From Candidatus Latescibacterota bacterium (GTDB lineage Bacteria; Latescibacterota; UBA2968; UBA8231), in NCBI GenBank assembly GCA_965200315.1, contig OZ241362.1, positions 2,272,001 to 2,336,000 of the forward strand: a stretch of 64,000 nucleotides of DNA, given 5' to 3'. Below, piece by piece: positions 39,783-47,915 of the stretch (its first letter is position 1; every line of letters starts with the position of its first letter). The position numbers and the translations under genes are program-made. The notes below the pieces were generated by a model that had not been told where the DNA came from, did not search any database, and worked only from the letters and a program-made list of their open reading frames with translations.

Positions 39783-39898
39783 CGGCTCTGCGTTTCTACT
39801 ATTCCTATAAATGCGGAAGGAGGTGAATAGATACAGCGTTCGCAACTACAGGAGCAGAAAAGAGCAATATCTCTAACTCTATCCATAAGGAGAAAAGT

Positions 39899-40825
39899 AT
39901 GCGCAAGAACTCACTCATAGCAGCAATGTTGTCCATAGCACTGGCGAGCTTCTCCTATGGCCAGTCCAATGCCAACGGCATTGGCTACTTCGCCTTAGAG
40001 GTGCCTGCTAATGTCACCATCACCATTGATGGCGACGATGGCGACTGGGCGTGGTTCGATCCCATTTTCACCGTTGGGCCTGACGAGATGTACGAAATCC
40101 AGAAAGCCGAAGTGCTGGACAAGAGTGACCTCGACGTGGCCATCATGACGGCGTGGACGGGCACTGACCGCGACAACAAGCTCTACGGATTTGTACGCGC
40201 CACCGACGACACGCTAGTCGTCACCTCCGACGTCTTTGACGACGGCTGGCGCGACGATGATCTCGAGATCATCACCGATGCCAACGCCAGCGGCGGGCCG
40301 CACGACGGCGACGGCGAGTCGGGTACGCGCGCTGAAGGGCAGCAGTTTACCATGCATCTGCCGGTCCCCGGCGTGTATGAAACGCCCTATGGCGGCGACG
40401 GCTCGTGGTGGTTGCGCTGGCAAGTGGTCGAGGAAATCCACTGGATGGACGAGTTCGCCGAGTCCAGAGTGACGACCAATCCTGCGGGAGCGACCACGGG
40501 TTCGACCAACGTCACGGTCAACTACGAGTACAGTATTCCCCTCTGGGATTACGCCTCATTGGACGGTGCGGATAACAGTATCCGCCACGAAAACGAGGCC
40601 GGGCAGATCATCCGCCTGACCTATCAGTTGAACGAAGCGGATAATCCCGAAGACCGCCGCACGCATCAGCTAGCAACAACCGGCGAAGACGGCGCTTCGG
40701 GCAACTGCGATGTCTGCTCGGAATACACGCTGCTCGGCGCGGACGAGTACGAGCGCGCCGACGGCGGGGGTACCGCAGTGGAATCCGAAAGCTGGGCAAA
40801 AATCAAAGCGACCTTCAGCGACTAA
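39899..40825 (+). CDS. Secreted acidic protein with CBM9/DOMON-like domain and C-terminal TAVESESWAKIKATF tag
   Basis: Signal peptide; ITIDGDDGDW, LYGFVRATDD, DDLEIITD, YEYSIP motifs; AAGGAG RBS. Confidence 0.78.
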   Translation: MRKNSLIAAMLSIALASFSYGQSNANGIGYFALEVPANVTITIDGDDGDWAWFDPIFTVGPDEMYEIQKAEVLDKSDLDVAIMTAWTGTDRDNKLYGFVRATDDTLVVTSDVFDDGWRDDDLEIITDANASGGPHDGDGESGTRAEGQQFTMHLPVPGVYETPYGGDGSWWLRWQVVEEIHWMDEFAESRVTTNPAGATTGSTNVTVNYEYSIPLWDYASLDGADNSIRHENEAGQIIRLTYQLNEADNPEDRRTHQLATTGEDGASGNCDVCSEYTLLGADEYERADGGGTAVESESWAKIKATFSD

Positions 40826-40845
40826 CCGAACGGTCCTTTGAACAC

Positions 40846-40877
40846 TATTGGGCGGTGGCATATGCCGCCGCCCAATA
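40846..40877 (+). other. Strong intercistronic hairpin without U-tract
   Basis: TATTGGGCGGTGGCA-TA-TGCCGCCGCCCAATA. Confidence 0.75.
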
Positions 40878-40910
40878 ACCGGCATTGCAACTACACTTCC
40901 CGAGGTCAAC

Positions 40911-41645
40911 ATGATGGTACGGTTCGGTGGGTGGATGTGTTCCCTAGTGATGTTGGCAGGATGTGGACGTTATTTTGACGGGCCAATTCAGCCAGCTCCG
41001 CAGGGACAGCAAGAGGCCGATATGGTGATTAAAGACGATGGCTTGATCACCTATTCGTTCGAGCGTCTGGAGATCGGTCTGCGCCCCATGACCGACGCCG
41101 AGTTGAACCGCAAATTCCCACAGCAGTCCACGCAAGGGGCCGTATCGACCAATCCCTATACTTTCGGCAACTGGAAGCGCATGGGCGAAGAGTGGATGCC
41201 GCCCAAATACAGCGTATGGCTGCTAAAAGTTAAAAATTACGCCTACCCCAAAGTCGGCGTCGATCCCCTCAAAATCGCGCTAGTTTCAAAGGATGGGTAT
41301 CGCAAGTACACACCCTTAGAACCGCTGCAGATCCTGGAATACTACTATTCGTTTATTCAGGGATATGCCGGCAACGAATACCGGCGTTTTAACGAGCGCG
41401 AAGATATGCTCAAGCGCACTATGTTTCAGGAGCAGAGCATCTTCAGTGGCCAAGAATCAGAGGGTTTTGTCGTTTTTCCGAGCCTCGCACCCGACGTGAA
41501 GGAGTTTTCTATCCACGTCAGGGGCATTGCATTGCGATACAATTACCGCGACGAGCCCGTGGAGACTAAGGATCTAACCTTTCACTTTCAGCGCGAGGTG
41601 TTTAAGGGGTTTAAGCCACCGCCCGAACTGGTGAATAAGCAATGA
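40911..41645 (+). CDS. Hypothetical lipoprotein
   Basis: Lipobox LAGC; GAGG RBS; stop overlaps the next start. Confidence 0.82.
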   Translation: MMVRFGGWMCSLVMLAGCGRYFDGPIQPAPQGQQEADMVIKDDGLITYSFERLEIGLRPMTDAELNRKFPQQSTQGAVSTNPYTFGNWKRMGEEWMPPKYSVWLLKVKNYAYPKVGVDPLKIALVSKDGYRKYTPLEPLQILEYYYSFIQGYAGNEYRRFNEREDMLKRTMFQEQSIFSGQESEGFVVFPSLAPDVKEFSIHVRGIALRYNYRDEPVETKDLTFHFQREVFKGFKPPPELVNKQ

Positions 41646-43549
41646 TGGTTTCCTTGCGGCGAATAGCTTCGGTCGGACTGATCCTGTCGTTCTGTATTGG
41701 GACGACGGAACTGCGAGCCGATGTCTGGGGGATCGGCCTAGGTGGGCAAGCCTGGGAGGAGCCGACGCAGACTATGGCGGGGGTAGTCGTAGGTGAAGGA
41801 CAGGCTCTCGGGCCGGCCAGCTTTTCACTTGAGCAGAATATAACTCAGTTCATCGTCTGGGGAGTCGGCGCGCCCAGCAGCTTTATCGCCGAAGGCAGCG
41901 GACGGGTGTGGAACAATTCGGCGCGGGGCATTGAGGGATCTGAGGTTCTAGTAGACGGGGATGGCACGACCAGCACGGAAAATCGCTTTAAGGAAGTGGG
42001 GGTCAATCAGCGCGGACGCATTTTTTTTCTCGATCTCGGGGCTTCGTTTCCAGTTAGCCAAGTTGTTTTTTATCCCCGTGAAGGAGAGGATGAATTCGTC
42101 GCTAGCTACGAGATATCACTCAACGACGGGCGTACTTTCGACGCCAATGACTCGCCCGTTTACAAAGCTGTTCGCCAAGTGACGATTAACCGCGATCCAA
42201 GAGTGGATGTGCGCTTCCCAACACAACTGGTGCGCTTTATGCAGCTCAGAGTACTTTCACCCAACCCCTTTGAACTGGCGGAAATCGAGGTACACGGCGA
42301 AGGCTTTGTACCGCGTGGGCTCTACGAAACACAGCTCATCCAGTTTGCCCGGCCTGTCAACTACGGCTCATTGACTTTTCGCGCACACAAAGTTTCGCTG
42401 ACCGAGGAAGGTGAAAGTAGCGCAGGCACCGATGAGCCAGTACGGGTGATCGTGCAGATGCGCAACGGCGTTGACGAAACGCCTCTCGACTACTACCAAA
42501 TCGCCGACGTAGAGACCCAGTCGGAAGTGCTGGTTAGCAAAGAAGAGTACGAAGACCTGCCGTTGGTCCTCAAGGGCAGTATTCGCCCGGATGCCACTCA
42601 CTGGTCCTCTTGGACGGAACCGCTCATCGCCGACTCCAGCGGCACGTATTCCATTCCGCTGGATCTACCAGGACCGCGCGATTTTTTTCAAGTGCGCCTG
42701 CGCTTTGAGGGCAATACCTCCGCAAGCATGCAGATCGATAGCCTAGCCATCGTGCATACGCCGCCGCTGGCCGCGCTGGCATTGAGCGAAGTGGCCCTAT
42801 TGGACGATCCCTTTCCAGCCGGTGGGCGCACGTCCGTTCCGGCCGGTCGAGATACGGTTTTTACCTACGACATAAAGGCCGACTTGGGAGAGGGAACCGG
42901 CTTTGACGGCGTGCGCATCTCGACGCTGATACAGCCCGAGTTTCTCAAACTGGAAATGGGGCACGAGTTAGAGGAGATACAGCCGGATAGCGTACACGTG
43001 GACGATACGGGCTTGCGCGTTTATTTCCCATCCCGGCGCATTAGCACAGGAGAAGATGTGCGGCTGCGGATTACGTTTCGCTCGCAGGCTCTGCTCTTTT
43101 CCACCCAGTTTATAGGACAGCTTCTGGACACGACGGGCAGCCTTCCCCAGCGCATTGCCGAGGGCGACGCGACACAGGAAGTGGGCACGGATTCGCAGGA
43201 GGTAATTTTCCTCGCCAGCGGCGAAAGCGTGTTGCAGTCCTTTGTCGTTTCTCCACCGGCTATAACGCCCAACGGCGATGGCATAAACGATTCGTCCGTC
43301 TTCTCTTTTGTGCTCATCCATTTGGTGCAACCGGCTGTAGCGGAAATGCTCGTATATGATCTTTCGGGTCGCTTAATAAAAAACGTGCTCTCCGATGAGC
43401 TGATCGCCGGACGTTATACCCAATGGCACTGGGATGGAACGAATAATGCCGGCGATCTGGTGCCACCGGGGACCTATATCGCAAGAGCCTCGATAGAGGC
43501 AGCTGCCGACGAAGTCAACCGCATGCGCCTGATTCACGTGGCCTATTAA
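41642..43549 (+). CDS. Secreted protein with discoidin-like domain and FlgD/T9SS-like CTD (paralogue 1)
   Basis: Signal peptide; LDLG...V.FYP...LAEIEVHG discoidin-like pattern; ITPNGDGIND...YDLSGR...WDG...PGTY...VAY. Confidence 0.8.
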   Translation: MMVSLRRIASVGLILSFCIGTTELRADVWGIGLGGQAWEEPTQTMAGVVVGEGQALGPASFSLEQNITQFIVWGVGAPSSFIAEGSGRVWNNSARGIEGSEVLVDGDGTTSTENRFKEVGVNQRGRIFFLDLGASFPVSQVVFYPREGEDEFVASYEISLNDGRTFDANDSPVYKAVRQVTINRDPRVDVRFPTQLVRFMQLRVLSPNPFELAEIEVHGEGFVPRGLYETQLIQFARPVNYGSLTFRAHKVSLTEEGESSAGTDEPVRVIVQMRNGVDETPLDYYQIADVETQSEVLVSKEEYEDLPLVLKGSIRPDATHWSSWTEPLIADSSGTYSIPLDLPGPRDFFQVRLRFEGNTSASMQIDSLAIVHTPPLAALALSEVALLDDPFPAGGRTSVPAGRDTVFTYDIKADLGEGTGFDGVRISTLIQPEFLKLEMGHELEEIQPDSVHVDDTGLRVYFPSRRISTGEDVRLRITFRSQALLFSTQFIGQLLDTTGSLPQRIAEGDATQEVGTDSQEVIFLASGESVLQSFVVSPPAITPNGDGINDSSVFSFVLIHLVQPAVAEMLVYDLSGRLIKNVLSDELIAGRYTQWHWDGTNNAGDLVPPGTYIARASIEAAADEVNRMRLIHVAY

Positions 43550-43576
43550 TGCCCATTTAAACGAGGAAAACTGAGC

Positions 43577-45526
43577 ATGAAGCACAAAGCGGCGCTGGCT
43601 CTTTTGCTCTTGGCCCCTTGTTTTGCAGAGGCACAGGTAGAGCGATTCGTGCTAGGTACAGGAGATAACGGCTGGGAAGAACTAGCCGAGTTGATGGGCG
43701 GCATGTGGGTCGTGGACGGCAGCCTGCAGCCCTACGAATTGGACCCAGCGGTCAATATCGCGCTGGGCGAGAAGAAGGGCAGTTCGCGCTACGATGTCTT
43801 CGGCAACCCCTGGGGGGGAGAGCGGGCCGGGCCGCAGGCCGCACGCCTCATTCCCGGCCGGCCCGAGGTCCTCGGAGATAACGGCTTTGTCTATACAATA
43901 GACGGCGACACGACTCGGTCAGTAGCCATTGTCTCCGGCTATTATTACTACAACCTAGGTTGGGAATTGCCCATCAATCGCATCCGCTTTTTTTCTCCGG
44001 CGGAAGGACGCACCCAGACCGACGACCGCAAGCGGATCACGCCGGGTTTGCCACTCAAAAACGCCTATCCCAAGCTTTATGAAGTTTGGGCTGCAATTGA
44101 TGGAGAGCACTTCCAACAAGGGCAGTTTGACCTCTTACTGGAACAAAATCTCAACCAGACCACGCGCATCGCCAACGCTCGTTTTCCCACTCAGTCCTTG
44201 CAGTTCATTTTCATAAGCTTCCCGGAACTGGGCGTCATTGCCGAGGTAGAGTTTTACGGCGAGGGCTTTGTGCAAAAATCACAATACCGCTCCAAGGTGA
44301 TCGACATCGGTGAGCCGGTCAATTTCGGGCGGGTCATACCCTATTTCAATGGATTCTACAAAAAGAGCATCGACAGCGAATCCGAACCTTTGGTAGAAAA
44401 TCCCATCTCCTTTTCGCTGGAAACGCAAACCGGCCGGGACGATACGCCACGGGTTTACACTATATACACCGAATTGAGGACCGAACGCGAAGTGAGTTTT
44501 GCCGAATGGGACAAAGCACCGTACGATGATTATGTGCGCCCTAGAGCTCGGGGGCCGGAACGGCCCGACGTGGACAACTGGAGCTTCTGGTCGGTGCCAC
44601 AAGAAACGTCCGCGGACGCAGGCATAGAGATCCTTTCGCCAGATAATCGGCAGTATCTCAAAATCAACTTCACGATGGAAAGCGAGGATTTGTTCACCTA
44701 TGGCCGAATGGATTCGCTGGTCGTAGAATACTCGACTCTGCTGGCCGATGCGGTCGTCGGAGAGATCGCATTACAGGACGAACCACAGCCGCCCGGGAGC
44801 AAGACGGAAGTACTCTTGGGCGAGGAGCACATTTTCACTTTTGACGTGCGAGCCGGCTTTGAGTCGGAGACCAAGCCGGGTTTTGACGCCTTAAGGCTGC
44901 AAACCCCGGGCCGCGTTCAGTTTATAGGACTGGAAATGGGTGACCCCTTAGTCGCTGTGGAACCCGACAGCATCGCGGAAAAACGGGGCGAGTTGATCGT
45001 CTATTTTCCATCCAATCGCATCACGCTCGATGACAATAGGCCGCTGCGGCTGCTGTTCAAAACGGGCGTCTTCAGTTTTAACGCCCTGTTTCAGGGCGAG
45101 ATATTTGTCGTCGGGGGAGAAGGACAGCCCCAATCTATCGATCCGGGAGATGCCAACGCGGAGGTATCGACCAATTCCATCGAGGTGCTGGCACCGAGCG
45201 AGGGGTTAGATGTGCTGAGCGCATTGGATGTGGGATCGACCGTAGTGACGCCGAATGGCGACGGACGCAACGACACGTTTGAACTAGCCTATTCACTGCT
45301 GGGCGTCCAAGCCAGCCAAGTGGTCTTTGAAATCTACGATTTGCGCGGACGCAAAGTGCGAACGATATCGGCCGCTTCCAGAAGCGAAGGGCGTTATGTC
45401 GAAGAGTGGGATGGGTGGGGAGAGGGGACGGGACTCGTAGCTCCGGGCCTATACCTCGCCCGCCTTTCCGTCGAGACGGACGCGGGTGACTTCACGCTTA
45501 CGCGCACCATTGCGGTGGCCTACTAA
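43577..45526 (+). CDS. Secreted protein with discoidin-like domain and FlgD/T9SS-like CTD (paralogue 2)
   Basis: Signal peptide; IAEVEFYGEG, WSFWS; VTPNGDGRND...YDLRGR...WDG...PGLY...VAY. Confidence 0.8.
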   Translation: MKHKAALALLLLAPCFAEAQVERFVLGTGDNGWEELAELMGGMWVVDGSLQPYELDPAVNIALGEKKGSSRYDVFGNPWGGERAGPQAARLIPGRPEVLGDNGFVYTIDGDTTRSVAIVSGYYYYNLGWELPINRIRFFSPAEGRTQTDDRKRITPGLPLKNAYPKLYEVWAAIDGEHFQQGQFDLLLEQNLNQTTRIANARFPTQSLQFIFISFPELGVIAEVEFYGEGFVQKSQYRSKVIDIGEPVNFGRVIPYFNGFYKKSIDSESEPLVENPISFSLETQTGRDDTPRVYTIYTELRTEREVSFAEWDKAPYDDYVRPRARGPERPDVDNWSFWSVPQETSADAGIEILSPDNRQYLKINFTMESEDLFTYGRMDSLVVEYSTLLADAVVGEIALQDEPQPPGSKTEVLLGEEHIFTFDVRAGFESETKPGFDALRLQTPGRVQFIGLEMGDPLVAVEPDSIAEKRGELIVYFPSNRITLDDNRPLRLLFKTGVFSFNALFQGEIFVVGGEGQPQSIDPGDANAEVSTNSIEVLAPSEGLDVLSALDVGSTVVTPNGDGRNDTFELAYSLLGVQASQVVFEIYDLRGRKVRTISAASRSEGRYVEEWDGWGEGTGLVAPGLYLARLSVETDAGDFTLTRTIAVAY

Positions 45527-45567
45527 ACGGGTTGCGTATAAGCACTAAACGCTGTCGAGGATGTACC

Positions 45568-47886
45568 ATGAGAAAATTCGCTGCGATTCGCCTTTTGCTC
45601 GTCGCCACCCTGTGTGCAGCAGGTGCCTATGCCGATGAACTCCGCCTGAGCCGCCCGGCGGACTGGCAGACGTGGACTATTCCCAAGGGCACACTGGAAA
45701 TTGCCGACGACGGCAGCATCAGTCTGGCGTGGATGCGCCGCGATATAAACGCCGTGGCCGATGCTGCAGAGTTTTCCCACAGCGAAGGCAAGAAACAGGT
45801 TTTTGGTGGTATCCGCCGAGTCAATTCAAACCCCCAAGATGCGGCTAATATTATGGACCAAGATCCATCGACTTGGTGGCAGCCATCTGCCGATGATCTG
45901 CTAGATGATTGGTGGATCGAAATCGACCTCGGGCGGCCGGTATTGGCGCGCAAATTGCGCTTTATCTTTCCGGACACACCCGACGCCAAGCCCTTTCGCA
46001 ATTTCACGACTTACATAAGTAATGGTGTAGATACACGTTATGGCGTGACCTACCACCCGGTCGCCATCACCACAACACCCAATGTAGAGCGCGTTTTTGA
46101 GGTCGATCTGAAACGAATTGAGTTGGGTCTGGCCAGCGGAGAACATCTCATAGAGCAGGATACGCTGGATTTTAACCTCGTCCACCACGTGCGCCTAGTG
46201 CCCATGGAAAAGAATCCAAGCGCAGCACTAGCTGAGATCGAAGTGGATGCACTGGGAGATAATCTCGCCATAGGTACAGTGGAACGGGGCGGGTCGGTGC
46301 GAGCAGGGCGGAGCGAAGATAAGATCGGCACGATCTTCGATGGAGATGTCAATACCAACTGGCGAGCGGCCGTCGGTGGCGACCAAGCCAAGGAAGGCAA
46401 TCTCAGGACCTACGTCGAAGACGGCGATTGGTTTGAATGGGATCTGGGTGCCACGTTCTGGGTAGACCACCTTTCCCACCTAGACCTAACTGTCGGAGAC
46501 GGGGAGGGGTCTCGTGGCTCCCACGGGCACGGGGCCAAGCTATTTATCCTCACCACCTCGGATGGCACACCGGCCAGCGGCCTGACCAGCGACCGCATTC
46601 GCAGAAATTTCGACTACCAAGAACTCAGCGACGTATTCAACGATAGGTTCCCCAATCAACAGTCGTATCACTTTGCATTCCCGCTGCGGAAAATTCGCCA
46701 TATCTTCTACCACCGCAGCGGCATTCCGACGCGCCTGCAGATCCGCCAGTCTATCTTTGAATACATACTCTATGGCGAGGGGCACGTAGCGGCGACGGAA
46801 ATAGTGTCGGACTTCATCGACTTGGGCTCCATGAAGAGCGTACGCAAGCTGTCGTGGGACGCCGATTTACCCGCCGGTACGCAGATCGAAATTCGCTCAC
46901 AGACGGGCAATACCTTTGAGCTCCAGAAGAAGTACTACCACAAAAACGGCACGGAACTGGATTCGGCCCGTTTTGGCAAGCTGCCCAAGAGCGTACGTGG
47001 GCGCATCGACACCCTCAAGCTCAAAGGACCGGATTGGAGCGGCTGGAGCCAGCCTTACGATTTTCCCGCAGAGGCATTCCTCTCGCCTACGCCCAGACAA
47101 TTTCTGCAACTACAGGTTCGGCTGGCCAACGACGACCCACAGCTAACACCGGTACTGCGCTCCCTGACCCTAGAATTCGACGATCCGCTCGTCAGCGGTG
47201 GCATTGCTGCACGCATATTGCCGCGCGAGGTCGGACTAGATTCGCTACAGCGCTTTACGTATTTGCTGCAACCGACCTTTGTACGCAACGACCAAGGCTT
47301 TGACGAGGTTTTTATCCAAGTGCCGGGTGCAGTACAAGAGGTTGGCGTCCGAGTCGGTGGACAAAGCGTACAGCCGAGGGAAGTTGAACTGGCGGACGGG
47401 CTGCTAAGAATCGGACTGCCGGAGCGGGTGCGGGAGGATTCGGTGGAAGTGCTGTTTACCGCGCAGGTAACGACCAATGCCACGCTCTTTGAGGCCTGGG
47501 CCGGGGACAGCGAGCAGAATGTGCGCCAAGGCGTCGAACCCTTAGAGCCGCGCTCGATGATCGTTTTTGTGCCCGATGTGTCCGGTGGGAGTTTGCTGCG
47601 CAACGTGCAGGTGACTCCGATAGCTTCGCCCAACGGCGATGGAATAAACGACGAAGCGCAAATCAACTTTATAGTGGTCCAAGTCGAGGGCAATCCCAAC
47701 GTGGATATCTACGACCTAACTGGAGCTCACCTGCGGACGCTCGACCTAGGTGCCGCGGGTTTCGCGTGGGATGGCCGAGACGATGCGGGAGCGGTTTTGC
47801 CGCCGGGTGTGTATATCTGCCGCATCCAGATGGAAGCCGACTCTGGAGACCAGTCGGTATATCGCACCATTAGTTTGGCTTATTAA
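45568..47886 (+). CDS. Secreted protein with two discoidin-like domains and FlgD/T9SS-like CTD (paralogue 3)
   Basis: Signal peptide; WIEIDLG...LAEIEV, WDLG...YGEG, WSGWS; SPNGDGIND...YDLTG...WDG...PGVY...LAY. Confidence 0.8.
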   Translation: MRKFAAIRLLLVATLCAAGAYADELRLSRPADWQTWTIPKGTLEIADDGSISLAWMRRDINAVADAAEFSHSEGKKQVFGGIRRVNSNPQDAANIMDQDPSTWWQPSADDLLDDWWIEIDLGRPVLARKLRFIFPDTPDAKPFRNFTTYISNGVDTRYGVTYHPVAITTTPNVERVFEVDLKRIELGLASGEHLIEQDTLDFNLVHHVRLVPMEKNPSAALAEIEVDALGDNLAIGTVERGGSVRAGRSEDKIGTIFDGDVNTNWRAAVGGDQAKEGNLRTYVEDGDWFEWDLGATFWVDHLSHLDLTVGDGEGSRGSHGHGAKLFILTTSDGTPASGLTSDRIRRNFDYQELSDVFNDRFPNQQSYHFAFPLRKIRHIFYHRSGIPTRLQIRQSIFEYILYGEGHVAATEIVSDFIDLGSMKSVRKLSWDADLPAGTQIEIRSQTGNTFELQKKYYHKNGTELDSARFGKLPKSVRGRIDTLKLKGPDWSGWSQPYDFPAEAFLSPTPRQFLQLQVRLANDDPQLTPVLRSLTLEFDDPLVSGGIAARILPREVGLDSLQRFTYLLQPTFVRNDQGFDEVFIQVPGAVQEVGVRVGGQSVQPREVELADGLLRIGLPERVREDSVEVLFTAQVTTNATLFEAWAGDSEQNVRQGVEPLEPRSMIVFVPDVSGGSLLRNVQVTPIASPNGDGINDEAQINFIVVQVEGNPNVDIYDLTGAHLRTLDLGAAGFAWDGRDDAGAVLPPGVYICRIQMEADSGDQSVYRTISLAY

Positions 47887-47915
47887 TGCTCAGCGGTAAA
47901 AAAGGGAGGGAACAG

